Part shown: positions 36,811 to 46,322 of the stretch, in pieces | How positions within the stretch are numbered: position 1 is the first letter of the stretch | Layout: every line of letters begins with the position of its first letter | DNA from: a virus | Taxonomy: Duplodnaviria > Caudoviricetes | Reading direction: 5' to 3' (one strand) | Virus record (IMG/VR): IMGVR_UViG_2974673286_000001 | Location: 89,269-153,268 of that record | DNA length: 64,000 bases | Notes under the pieces: model-generated | The model's input: only the letters and a program-made list of their open reading frames with translations | The model's database searches: none | Told to the model about the DNA's origin: nothing | Translations under genes and position numbers: made by a program

Positions 36811-37383
36811 GTGGTCAAATACACGATCACTTCACGGTTTCACGATAAAGAGGAATTTAGGGATCACGTACACCAAGGAGTCGATCTGGCGATGCCTGAA
36901 GGAACTGATCTGAAAGCCATAGTCGATGGAGTAATCAGAACAGCAGACTACGGTAGTTCTTCCACAGGAAAAACGGTGTTCATAGACGCAGCCGATGGAA
37001 AGACGTACATCTATGGACACCTGAAGGATTTCTCTGTAAGCGATGGGCAGCCGATACATGTGGGTGATATTTTAGGTCATTCAGGTAACTCTGGTCATGT
37101 TGTAGGTAGCAATGGCGGGTATCATCTCCACTTCGGTATAAAGGAGCACGGAGAATTTATAGACCCGACACCGTACACTTCACTCATTCAGCATATGGAT
37201 CAGTTAAAAGGGGCAGCTCACGCAACCGTTAACTCTGGCTTGGATGCTCTGGAAATGCTAAACCAAGCGCTGAGCCAGTTTACTCAGACGTTATCGGAGA
37301 TGACTCTGAACTGCATCAGTCTATTACTCGAAAATCGTACAGTGTCTCTAATATCCGATATAGTTCTCTCATGGTTATGTTGA
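36811..37383 (+). CDS. M23 family peptidase
   Basis: ITSRF, HQGVD, YGHL, GHSGNSG, HLHF. Confidence 0.9.
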   Translation: MVKYTITSRFHDKEEFRDHVHQGVDLAMPEGTDLKAIVDGVIRTADYGSSSTGKTVFIDAADGKTYIYGHLKDFSVSDGQPIHVGDILGHSGNSGHVVGSNGGYHLHFGIKEHGEFIDPTPYTSLIQHMDQLKGAAHATVNSGLDALEMLNQALSQFTQTLSEMTLNCISLLLENRTVSLISDIVLSWLC

Positions 37384-37543
37384 CATTCTGCTTATCCTGA
37401 ATTGTGTGAAGAACCAGATGATCGACATTCTGCATTTGCTTCTCATATCTGGTCAGCGGTTTAGAGTCAAAGAGCACGGTCGCTACCTCCTTTCAAGAGT
37501 TAGTATGTCCGGTCGAATTTCAATTATACAGGGGGAATTAAAA

Positions 37544-37744
37544 ATGACGAGTATCTTTTTGGCAGTAGGCGGAGTTGCAGTTGTTTGTTCGGCAGGGACT
37601 GGATTAGCAGCAGCTTTGAAGTGGTTCCATAACTACGAGCCAGACGTGGATAAAAAGAAAAAGACCGTTAGAGAAACACGTAACCCGAACAGAAGCCGAC
37701 TAGACGATTTGAGTAAAAAAGTACGTACAGATAATCATCTATAA
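37544..37744 (+). CDS. Small membrane protein
   Basis: AGGGGG RBS; N-terminal TM segment, basic tail. Confidence 0.65.
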   Translation: MTSIFLAVGGVAVVCSAGTGLAAALKWFHNYEPDVDKKKKTVRETRNPNRSRLDDLSKKVRTDNHL

Positions 37745-37757
37745 GGAGGTAACTGAA

Positions 37758-38309
37758 ATGATTATTACAATGTCATCCAGAGAGCTCAATTCAGCCGTCA
37801 GTTACAAGAGTCCGGTACAGCAGTTTAACCTTAAGGAGAAAGTTGAGGACAATGTGCTTTTTATTGCGGACACCCTGCAAAAGGAGGTGATCAAGGGAAC
37901 GACCGGACAGCAAAGAAAAAAGATCAAGCAGCTGAAGAAATTGCTGAAAGGATTCGTTGTGGTTATGGGGGCGGGAATACAAGCAACACCCAAAGCCTTT
38001 GCCGCAGCACCTCTAACCGGAGCAACCACGACAGTAGCAGCCAATCAGATAACACCAGCTCTGGTAATGAAATGGGGTCTGAATTTAGCTTTAATCTCTG
38101 TATCGGTGGGCGTAGCATTGTCGATGACTCTTCTGACGCTAGCCGGGATTTACAGGATGATGAGGAAGCGGAAGGAAGCGGAGGAGTGGAGCGTAGATGT
38201 AATCAAGGGTCTCGTGCAGGTTTTAGTTGCGGTCCCGGTCGTATATCTGCTCTTTTATCTGGCGCAAACGGTATTCAAAAGCTTGCCGATTTTAAGCGGA
38301 CTCTTTTAA
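37758..38309 (+). CDS. Membrane protein, TrbC/VirB2 pilin-like
   Basis: Basic-hydrophobic-AFA leader followed by two TM helices separated by a basic loop. Confidence 0.5.
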   Translation: MIITMSSRELNSAVSYKSPVQQFNLKEKVEDNVLFIADTLQKEVIKGTTGQQRKKIKQLKKLLKGFVVVMGAGIQATPKAFAAAPLTGATTTVAANQITPALVMKWGLNLALISVSVGVALSMTLLTLAGIYRMMRKRKEAEEWSVDVIKGLVQVLVAVPVVYLLFYLAQTVFKSLPILSGLF

Positions 38310-39433
38310 AAGCAGCTACACTGGCACCCGTAGCGGTTCTCTCTTCCGCTGTTGTCTCTTCCATGTCGGCAAAAGCCTACGCACAAGCTACAGATGTAAA
38401 AGCACCCATCGACCTTCTTTTGCTGGGACGTAACAAAGATCAAAATATCCTGACTGCTATACCTGATGCGGTACAGACGTTTAATACAGCTGTAGCTAAA
38501 GTAAATGAGTTCCTTTCAGACCTCCCACACAATATCGCTGAAATGTCCGTCCATTTAATGAGCTGGCTGTATGAACTATGTGCTACACTGATCCTTAAGA
38601 CTCCCTTGTGGCTTTTTAATAACGAGTGGTTTGAGAATACCACTTATCTGTTTAGTTTGCTGGCTATCGGTATCGTTTCCGTTCTGACCGTCATTGAATC
38701 GGTAAAGCTCATGCTCAGCAGAGGAAAGAAAAAGAGATCAGGTCCGATGGATTTTAAACTGATCATGCAACGGTGGGGGATTGTAGCAGCGGCAATGACC
38801 GGAATACCTTTCTGCTTTCAGAAAGCCTTCCAAGGATTGAACAAGATATCAGATGTACTCATCTCAATGGGAGCGAGTACGATGGACGCTATCGCTCTCC
38901 CTACTCATATCTCTGTATGGGATGTGTGCTCGCTGGTGTTATTCGATGTAGTTCTTATTTCTACTATTGTTCCGGTGCTGTGGCAGAATGGCAGAAGATT
39001 TTTTGATGTCATGGTTTTGGGAGTAACAGCTCCGCTGGCACTGACAGCTTGGATATTCGATCCGTACAGACATCTATTCCAGCAGTGGTGGAATAACCTG
39101 AAACACTTGTCTATGGTGCAGGTTTACTATGCGCTCTTTCTACTGATCCTTGGCTGGTTTATATTTGGCGTACCGACACCCAAGGACGTTGTAGGGATCG
39201 TAGTGAAGATGCTTGTAGTAATCGGAGGGTTCACCAGAATGACTTCTCCACCAAGACTTATTGCTAAACATCTGGATAATGGTGGCGGGCTGGATGAAGT
39301 GTACGGCGGAAATAAAAATGATACCATTAAAAAAGTTCAACGGAACTTTAAAGATACAGCCAAGATTCTTATGAAGCCGTCTTCAGCGGCACAGACAGTT
39401 TTCAAGCGTGTTAAAGACATGAAGAAAAAATAG
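38072..39433 (+). CDS. Polytopic membrane protein, TrbL/VirB6-like (start uncertain)
   Basis: Multiple TM segments; RRFFDVMVLGVTAPLALTAWIFDPYRHLFQQWW resembles VirB6-type proteins. Confidence 0.55.
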   Translation: MGSEFSFNLCIGGRSIVDDSSDASRDLQDDEEAEGSGGVERRCNQGSRAGFSCGPGRISALLSGANGIQKLADFKRTLLKAATLAPVAVLSSAVVSSMSAKAYAQATDVKAPIDLLLLGRNKDQNILTAIPDAVQTFNTAVAKVNEFLSDLPHNIAEMSVHLMSWLYELCATLILKTPLWLFNNEWFENTTYLFSLLAIGIVSVLTVIESVKLMLSRGKKKRSGPMDFKLIMQRWGIVAAAMTGIPFCFQKAFQGLNKISDVLISMGASTMDAIALPTHISVWDVCSLVLFDVVLISTIVPVLWQNGRRFFDVMVLGVTAPLALTAWIFDPYRHLFQQWWNNLKHLSMVQVYYALFLLILGWFIFGVPTPKDVVGIVVKMLVVIGGFTRMTSPPRLIAKHLDNGGGLDEVYGGNKNDTIKKVQRNFKDTAKILMKPSSAAQTVFKRVKDMKKK

Positions 39434-39550
39434 GAGGTAAAGTCATGAGTGCAGGCATGCTTATTCTGATTCTGAATACCACGATGCTGCTGACAAACGC
39501 ATTAGTTACATCAGTACAAAGTAGTCTGATTATGAAAGCTGTGAGAGACG

Positions 39551-41785
39551 ATGCTAAAAGTTAATCCAAGTTATCAGAACATTTCCAATTACTTTGTGGA
39601 GACGCAGGATGTGAGTACAGGACTCTCCCGGATCATAAAGGAAGTAACAGATTCTCTGTTTGGAGTAGAGATCATAATGTCTTCAGGGGTGACCACTAAG
39701 TTTCTCATCACCCCTCCTCATGTTCGATTAGGAGAAGATGCCTCAAGCTTTCGAGAATCCTCTGTGAGCGGTTTTACGTTCTATGAAGGGTATTTATCTC
39801 GTCCACACTTTCTACCGCTGTACGGGGCTAATAAGGGGCAATTTTTAAGTGATCTGGAGGACATTGCTTTGTACAATGGAGAGCGGTTGTGTATACAGCT
39901 GCTCTTTAAGAAAAAGTTCCATTGGAAAGAGAAAGCCTTAGACATGTATGCAAGTTACTTAGAAGGGAACGACTACCCGGCATCATTTAGAATCGGCAGG
40001 TTTATTCAGGAGAAGACATTATCTGTACTGAACAGGATAGCTTCTTTTGAATCGGTAAATGAGTACGTGCCAGAAGTGGAGGAAAAGCTGCTCAGTGAGG
40101 GCTTTCAGTTCCAGATGCGGGTAGCGATGCAATCCGAGCGAGAAGACTACTTAAAGAGCAGGGTCACTCAGGTACTGCGGACTTACGATTCCCATAATTC
40201 TATCCGGTTGTATAAACAAAAGCATAAACAAACCGAGACTCAGTATGAAACGTGCATTATGACATCGGAGACAGGAGACCAGATAATAAGTACAAAAGAA
40301 CTCTTCTCCTTATTAGGAAGCCAAAACGTAGTAGCTCCCCAGACGGCATCTGTTTCCCTATCCACACCAACAGTTACGAAAGAAATTATTAAGCTGCTGC
40401 CGGAACATCACAGAGAGGAAGTCCATGCAGATGAGAGCCTCGTTATGAGTATCGCTGAAGCTCTTAAACGGGTAGGGTTGATTAAAATGGCACGAGTCTA
40501 CAATGAATCTGTAACAGCAGGTATTAGATTAACTGTAGTTCAGTGCGACATCCCTAAAGGAAAGAACCTGAGTCATATTGTACAGAAGGGTAAGGACATA
40601 CAGGCAGCACTAGGTGTCCCTTCATTAGGAGTTGAGCAAGGAGATACTGCTGACACAGTTAAGTTTGTCATTCCGAATAACCAACCTGCTATCATCAGCC
40701 TTAGAGAACTGATTGGCACAGCCAACTTCCAAGAGTACAGTAAGAACAATGAACTAGCCTTTGCTGTAGGTGTGGACGAAGTGAACAACCCAATCTATTT
40801 ATCACTGGCTAAGCTTGTTCATCTCATGGTAGCGGGAACTACCGGAAGTGGTAAGTCCGTGTTCCTAAACTCGATGATCACTACACTGCTAGTCAGTTAC
40901 CCTCCTGATAGGTTACGGATGACTCTGATTGACCCTAAGCAGGTAGAGCTACAGCAGTACAAGGGATTCCCTCATGTAGACGATGTGGTCACAGACATGG
41001 GAGGTGCTGCACAAGTATTAGAAGACCTTGTTATGGAAATGGAGAAGCGATACAAAACATTTAAAGATAACGATGTGAAGAACATTACTCTGTACAATCA
41101 GAAGTCAAGTACACCTATGCCTTATACCGTCTGTGTTATAGATGAGTATGCGGACCTCGTGGACACAAATAAGGAAGTCGAAGAATACATTGCTCGCTTA
41201 GGTCAGAAAGCACGGGCAGCAGGTATTCACCTAGTCATCGCCACTCAGAGACCAAGTTCGAATATTCTTAGCGGCAGGATCAAAGCAAACATCCCGAACG
41301 CCATCAGCTTTAACTTAAACACCAGCGTCAATTACAGAACTGTTTTTGGTACGACTATCCCTTATACTGGGTTGTTAGGTAAAGGAGACGGAGTAATGAA
41401 GATTGAGGGATACCCTAAAGAGTTCCAACGCTTCCAGAGTGCTATAATTGCCCCGGATGAGGCGGAGGAGGAGAAAGTATACAAAGACCTTATTGACTAT
41501 TATGGGGGAGCTGAAGTCTCTCCAGAGGCAGAAGAGGTACCGGAACAGCCGGAACAAGAACCTGAAGTGGAGGATGACCACCTATACCGACTAAAGCAAG
41601 TGATAGCTACTACAGAGGAAACCAGAGTAGAGCCACTTAGGAAAGCATTAGGTGTGAAGACTGCAAAGATGAAGGAACTCATGGGTAAATTAGTGGAAGA
41701 AGGTTGGCTTGTTAAGCATAAGGAGCGATCTAAAGGTTACGAGCTGGTCTGTCCCGAGTCAATCTTATCAGAGTGGAGAGAATAA
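39551..41785 (+). CDS. ftsK: FtsK/SpoIIIE family DNA translocase
   Basis: HLMVAGTTGSGKS, LIDPKQVEL, VIDEYAD, QKARAAGIHLVIATQRPS, LLGKGD; wHTH-like C-terminus. Confidence 0.93.
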   Translation: MLKVNPSYQNISNYFVETQDVSTGLSRIIKEVTDSLFGVEIIMSSGVTTKFLITPPHVRLGEDASSFRESSVSGFTFYEGYLSRPHFLPLYGANKGQFLSDLEDIALYNGERLCIQLLFKKKFHWKEKALDMYASYLEGNDYPASFRIGRFIQEKTLSVLNRIASFESVNEYVPEVEEKLLSEGFQFQMRVAMQSEREDYLKSRVTQVLRTYDSHNSIRLYKQKHKQTETQYETCIMTSETGDQIISTKELFSLLGSQNVVAPQTASVSLSTPTVTKEIIKLLPEHHREEVHADESLVMSIAEALKRVGLIKMARVYNESVTAGIRLTVVQCDIPKGKNLSHIVQKGKDIQAALGVPSLGVEQGDTADTVKFVIPNNQPAIISLRELIGTANFQEYSKNNELAFAVGVDEVNNPIYLSLAKLVHLMVAGTTGSGKSVFLNSMITTLLVSYPPDRLRMTLIDPKQVELQQYKGFPHVDDVVTDMGGAAQVLEDLVMEMEKRYKTFKDNDVKNITLYNQKSSTPMPYTVCVIDEYADLVDTNKEVEEYIARLGQKARAAGIHLVIATQRPSSNILSGRIKANIPNAISFNLNTSVNYRTVFGTTIPYTGLLGKGDGVMKIEGYPKEFQRFQSAIIAPDEAEEEKVYKDLIDYYGGAEVSPEAEEVPEQPEQEPEVEDDHLYRLKQVIATTEETRVEPLRKALGVKTAKMKELMGKLVEEGWLVKHKERSKGYELVCPESILSEWRE

Positions 41786-41810
41786 AATTGAATTATTTTG
41801 CATAATGGGG

Positions 41811-41839
41811 TTGACTTTCAGTCAGCTCCTTTTTATACT
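41811..41839 (+). promoter_or_regulatory. sigmaA promoter
   Basis: TTGACT-17-TATACT. Confidence 0.75.
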
Positions 41840-41892
41840 GTGTATAGAAGCTGTAACAAAGGCTATAAAATACAGAGCAGGGAGAGATTACA

Positions 41893-42105
41893 ATGATTTC
41901 AGAACCGCAAGTACACATGTACATGAGTGAAAAGGAGTTCGATAGGCTCGTAGCGGGGGAGACTGCTTATGGGTACTCTGATGGTTTTACCGAATATAAC
42001 ATCCATGTGAGCGTACCTGTACGTTTTGTAAAGGCAGTCACAGATGTTTCTGAGAGTGACAACCTGTATTATGAATACTATGTAAAACATGAGGAGATTG
42101 TCTAA
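41893..42105 (+). CDS. Hypothetical protein
   Basis: RBS. Confidence 0.65.
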   Translation: MISEPQVHMYMSEKEFDRLVAGETAYGYSDGFTEYNIHVSVPVRFVKAVTDVSESDNLYYEYYVKHEEIV

Positions 42106-42282
42106 TGGTAAACCGATTAGGGTACTACTGTGAGTTATGTAAGCAGTTTGTAGACAAAGATGATGTTGAACTCGTAGAGGCATCTGAAGAAGGGGACTGG
42201 CAGCGTAGGCATGGAGATTGTAGAGGTACAGTTATCATCCTCATAAGAGGGAGAAGACAAATTGAAGGAGGAGGACTTTAAT

Positions 42283-42522
42283 ATGGTTGAAAAAGTAACG
42301 ATTGAAATTACAGGTGGGGGAGCAGTTGTTCGATTATTGGATGGAGAAGGAAAAGAGTTGAACCGGGCAGTGCATACGCCAACAGATATGGGGTCAAGTA
42401 CAAGCTACGCCAAAGGTACCTTTGAAGATATGGATGAGGATGTGTTAACCACGCCACTATGGGAAGCCTTAGATAATAACTTTTTTGTCCATGATGTGCT
42501 TAGGGCGTTGTCCAATCAATAA
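42283..42522 (+). CDS. Hypothetical protein
   Basis: GGAGGAGG RBS. Confidence 0.65.
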   Translation: MVEKVTIEITGGGAVVRLLDGEGKELNRAVHTPTDMGSSTSYAKGTFEDMDEDVLTTPLWEALDNNFFVHDVLRALSNQ

Positions 42523-42554
42523 AAAATGATTTTTACTTCGAGAGGGGATTAACA

Positions 42555-43283
42555 ATGAGTAAAAAGACTACAGCATTTGATGATCGGATGAAGTGTTATG
42601 AGAACGCTTATAGAACTTATCTACCTAAACGACTCCCCGTTCTAATCAGGATTGACGGCAAAGCGTTCCACACTTATACAAAAGGAATGGATAAGCCCTT
42701 TGATTCCTCTTTGTTCGGGGCAATGTCAGAAACATGCAAATACCTTGCAAAAAACATTATGGGCTGTAAGTTAGCGTACACCCAGTCAGATGAAATTAGC
42801 TTACTCCTCACTAACGACAGTAAACTAACAACAGAGGCTTGGTTCAATAACAACCTACAAAAGATAGTGTCTATTTCCGCATCGTTAGCTACCGCAAAGT
42901 TTAATGAGCTTATGCGTGAAGTGGCTCCAGAAAGACCCCTTGCTTTATTTGATGCTAGAGCGTGGGTGGTACCTAAAGATGAAGTGTGTAATTACTTCTT
43001 ATGGAGACAGCAGGATGCAACAAAGAACAGTATTTTAACAGTTTCTCAATCCCAGTTCTCCCAGAAACAATTGCAGAATCTAAACACAAGTCAGTTGCAA
43101 GATAAGCTGTTCTTAGAGAAGGGTATTAACTGGAACGATCTACCTACGTGGCAGAAGCGAGGAGTTTGTATCGTAAAACAGAGTTTTGAAAAGAACGGAG
43201 CTCTAAGAAGCAAATGGGAAGTAGACTACGATACTCCTATCTTTTCACAGGATAGACAGTACATTGAGCAGTATGTATACTGA
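42555..43283 (+). CDS. tRNA(His) guanylyltransferase Thg1-like protein
   Basis: IRIDGKAFH, YTQSDEISLL, FDAR, YFLWRQQDA, WNDLP..QKRG. Confidence 0.93.
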   Translation: MSKKTTAFDDRMKCYENAYRTYLPKRLPVLIRIDGKAFHTYTKGMDKPFDSSLFGAMSETCKYLAKNIMGCKLAYTQSDEISLLLTNDSKLTTEAWFNNNLQKIVSISASLATAKFNELMREVAPERPLALFDARAWVVPKDEVCNYFLWRQQDATKNSILTVSQSQFSQKQLQNLNTSQLQDKLFLEKGINWNDLPTWQKRGVCIVKQSFEKNGALRSKWEVDYDTPIFSQDRQYIEQYVY

Positions 43284-43318
43284 GGATGTAGATAATAAAG
43301 ACAGGCGGAGTTGAAGAT

Positions 43319-43525
43319 ATGTTTTACTTTTACATTCTACAGATGGTATTTTGGGGCGCATGCGTGTACCTGTTCGTTACAGACATCATTTTCAAGAGAG
43401 GCACAATACTTGACTATTACGGGGATGCTGCTCTTCTGACATTAGGGTTTTATCTTATTTGGAGGTTAAACCCTGTGTTCTGGGAGCTAGTCGAGAAGTA
43501 TAAAAACAAATGGCGGAGAAAGTAA
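43319..43525 (+). CDS. Small membrane protein
   Basis: Two hydrophobic segments. Confidence 0.6.
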   Translation: MFYFYILQMVFWGACVYLFVTDIIFKRGTILDYYGDAALLTLGFYLIWRLNPVFWELVEKYKNKWRRK

Positions 43526-43548
43526 TTCCGTAGCTAGGAGGAAGCAGA

Positions 43549-43839
43549 GTGGAAGAGAATCTAGAACAGCGACTAGAAGAGCTTGTTTTCGATATGGTTA
43601 GCGAACTGAATCAACTGGAGGGTAAGTCATTAACATACCTCCTTCGAAACTTTAAGTATATAAACGGATTATCCGTTTCTGTATCAGTCTACAAAGACCA
43701 AAAACCTGCCCATCGTGTACTCGGAGAGTTAGTACAGTGGGCGAGGGATAATGGTAAGACTGAATTATTAGACTTGATCAAGGAACTGGAAGATGACATG
43801 AGTTGGAACGAGGAACACCCATTAGAAGATAGGAGGTAA
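43549..43839 (+). CDS. Hypothetical protein
   Basis: AGGAGG RBS. Confidence 0.7.
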   Translation: MEENLEQRLEELVFDMVSELNQLEGKSLTYLLRNFKYINGLSVSVSVYKDQKPAHRVLGELVQWARDNGKTELLDLIKELEDDMSWNEEHPLEDRR

Positions 43840-43843
43840 AGAA

Positions 43844-44188
43844 ATGAGGTCATTAAGGGCAAGAGCGATACTCAGATCGCACGGATATATTAAACGAGCA
43901 AATAGAGAGTATGTCAAAGTACGAGACTGTCACTGGTGTGAGGGGTTTGACCTTTCGGGCTGCTGGCTCTGTGAAGGTACAGGTAAATCATCTGAGAAAA
44001 TTACGGTAGATCATTTCAAAGAGGTCGTTGCCTACAACGGGTACCACACAGAAGTGAGCCCTTGTCAAGGCTGCGGAACCTCCATTAGAGAAGAATATTG
44101 CTGCAACGGCTATTTATGTGGGTGTATGGGGCTACCTATAGAGCCTCCATTGTGTCGAAAATGTATGGAGAAGGAGAGGCTCTGGTGA
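43844..44188 (+). CDS. Cys-rich multi-Zn-binding protein
   Basis: CxxCxG DnaJ-like pair plus CCxGxxCGCMGLP. Confidence 0.7.
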   Translation: MRSLRARAILRSHGYIKRANREYVKVRDCHWCEGFDLSGCWLCEGTGKSSEKITVDHFKEVVAYNGYHTEVSPCQGCGTSIREEYCCNGYLCGCMGLPIEPPLCRKCMEKERLW

Positions 44189-44520
44189 GTGACTATAAGT
44201 TAAAACTAGTGGATCATAAATATGTTTTCCGGGTGTGTATAACAGCAGACATGCACGATGGTGACTCCCTCACCAGTGTCCAGTCTTTTGAGAAGGGGTG
44301 GTTTGAAATATACACCCTACCTGAGATTCAAGAGCTAAAGAAGATTGTAGGTAAGCGAAGGGCATTAGAGGAGTATGTCAGAAATAGACACATAGTATAT
44401 CAGGAACTTGGGCTCGATATCCCTTACGATACCCTGAGCGGGGAACCTTGTCACACCTTAGAGGACATATCTGTAGAGTTCATTGATGCAGACGGCAGAT
44501 TATACGAAGTAATAATTTAA
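44185..44520 (+). CDS. Hypothetical protein
   Basis: GTG start with RBS. Confidence 0.65.
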   Translation: MSDYKLKLVDHKYVFRVCITADMHDGDSLTSVQSFEKGWFEIYTLPEIQELKKIVGKRRALEEYVRNRHIVYQELGLDIPYDTLSGEPCHTLEDISVEFIDADGRLYEVII

Positions 44521-44532
44521 GGAGGGCTGAGA

Positions 44533-44805
44533 ATGAAGCGAGGAAAAAGACTGGACTTGTTAACCACAGGTGTAGCTCCTGCTATCATAGCTGTTATGCT
44601 ATTTCATGGCTCCTACTACCTGTGGTTTGAGAAGGTTCAAACAGAGGTGCTGCTCCACGATATTATCCTACTAGTAGTTATTGCAGTATCTGTTGATCTA
44701 ATTGCAAATTTTGCGTATGTGGAGGGCTATAACGACTTTGCTAAGGAGCTAGATGATGCACTAAATAAGGAAGGGGTAGTAAAATGGAAACGAACAGTAA
44801 AGTAG
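44533..44805 (+). CDS. Membrane protein
   Basis: Two TM segments; AAGGAGG RBS. Confidence 0.7.
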   Translation: MKRGKRLDLLTTGVAPAIIAVMLFHGSYYLWFEKVQTEVLLHDIILLVVIAVSVDLIANFAYVEGYNDFAKELDDALNKEGVVKWKRTVK

Positions 44806-45263
44806 TACTCTGTAAGACTGTAGCAAAAGCATTACAAAAGCAAATAGACGAGGCATCAGATTTTTTAAGGGTTATAAGAAGAGATTCAATAAGTGAGTTT
44901 CTTATTCGGATCAGAACTGTGGGTAGACAAGGTGCAGAGGACATGTACGATCGGTTTTTTAGTGGGGAATTTGGGATTCTTATAGAACAACTTGGTTACC
45001 TAGAGTATATAGACGCCCTACGAGTAGGGATTATAGTAAAGGAAACGCTTGAGGAAAAGTATTTAGACAAGCTACGAAATAGGATTAAGGCTTATAATGG
45101 GTGGATTCTAACGCTCCGTAGAGAAAACCCGGGAGAGTTAAGTACAGATGCCCTGACTAGACTCAAATTCCTAGAAGGTCAAAAAGACGAAGCTGAAAGT
45201 TGTATGCACCTGTTTAAAAACTACCTAGCTGAGAAGGAAATTCAGGAGAAGGAATCCGAGTGA
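44784..45263 (+). CDS. Hypothetical protein
   Basis: RBS, overlap. Confidence 0.7.
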   Translation: METNSKVVLCKTVAKALQKQIDEASDFLRVIRRDSISEFLIRIRTVGRQGAEDMYDRFFSGEFGILIEQLGYLEYIDALRVGIIVKETLEEKYLDKLRNRIKAYNGWILTLRRENPGELSTDALTRLKFLEGQKDEAESCMHLFKNYLAEKEIQEKESE

Positions 45264-45451
45264 GCTTCTTTAGAGACACTTTCTTTAATACCATATATGT
45301 TTGTGGGGGAGTTGCGGCTTTTTTGAATATATGGTTGTTTAATGGGTCTGTAGAATACACGATTATGGCTATCCTCCTTGTTATTATCTTTCGTGTAGGG
45401 TATGTACTAGGAGAATACAGTGGAGAGGCAGGTAAAAAAGACAATGAATAA
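45260..45451 (+). CDS. Small membrane protein
   Basis: Two TM segments. Confidence 0.6.
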   Translation: MSFFRDTFFNTIYVCGGVAAFLNIWLFNGSVEYTIMAILLVIIFRVGYVLGEYSGEAGKKDNE

Positions 45452-45677
45452 GGCTATTGAGGGTAAGTTTAGTAATGCTTTGGAGTTACACTGTTATGTC
45501 AAACACCAGTTGCTAACAAACTTAGAGGAGGCTAGAGAAGAGTTTAAAGATTACTGGGTGTCTTGGTCTCCTCTGAATGGAGATAGCTATGAAGGGGTCC
45601 TAATGTGTATTGAGATGGGAGACGGGGTTGTACTTTGTACGGACGGAGAAGTTAGAATTATGAGTATAGGAAACTAA
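45444..45677 (+). CDS. Hypothetical protein
   Basis: Overlap packing. Confidence 0.6.
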   Translation: MNKAIEGKFSNALELHCYVKHQLLTNLEEAREEFKDYWVSWSPLNGDSYEGVLMCIEMGDGVVLCTDGEVRIMSIGN

Positions 45678-45804
45678 CAGTAGACTGATAAAGTTCGGGA
45701 TTTCTTAAAAACCGGATAAAATAACTACTTACAGGCGTTCTTTGTCTTATATTGAAATAGAGACTGCCTGAAGTAGCCAGAGCGTAAAAAGAGAGGGAAA
45801 ATAG

Positions 45805-46050
45805 ATGGATTACAGCAAGTTAACAGATCAGGAGCTCCTTCAGACGGTCTCGGGGCTGCATGATGTGAACTTGAATGAAGAATGGTTTAGCCGCCATGGG
45901 ATTAACTTTCCGTATCGCTTAGACATTTTCGGTAGGATTCTAAACTGTATGTCTTACCAGATTATGCAAGACAGCGAGTGTGATAAGCTAATTGTCCGGC
46001 AGGCAAACGAGGTTCGTGTTCATAGGCAGCTGACTAACCACAAATACTGA
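45805..46050 (+). CDS. Hypothetical protein
   Basis: GAGGG RBS. Confidence 0.65.
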   Translation: MDYSKLTDQELLQTVSGLHDVNLNEEWFSRHGINFPYRLDIFGRILNCMSYQIMQDSECDKLIVRQANEVRVHRQLTNHKY

Positions 46051-46054
46051 AGGA

Positions 46055-46297
46055 GTGGGCAGGATGCCAAAACGTACCTACAAAATTCATGTGAAGATTA
46101 AGAAAGTATTAGAGGCTAGAGGGCTATCTCAGAAGGACCTTGCAGAAATGACCGGGATTCGGGCTGCTGCTATTTCTGAGATGGCTCAGGGCACTCGTAC
46201 AGTCATTAATAAGTCACACCTGTACAAGATTATGGATGCACTGAACATTACTCGACTAGACGATATTCTAGAGTTGAGTATTGAGGAAGAGTTCTAG
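46055..46297 (+). CDS. XRE-family HTH transcriptional regulator
   Basis: IKKVLEARGLSQKDLAEMTGIRAAAISEM...LYKIMDALNI. Confidence 0.88.
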   Translation: MGRMPKRTYKIHVKIKKVLEARGLSQKDLAEMTGIRAAAISEMAQGTRTVINKSHLYKIMDALNITRLDDILELSIEEEF

Positions 46298-46322
46298 GTG
46301 CTGCCTGTAGGAGGAGACATAG

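Noticed and set aside
35188-41785. Integrated plasmid or ICE
   Set aside because: No relaxase, rep, VirB4, integrase or att-like flanking repeats were seen
42555-43283. tRNA genes near Thg1/RtcB or in intergenic gaps
   Set aside because: No cloverleaf with a T-loop and acceptor stem was recognised; tRNAscan-SE would be decisive
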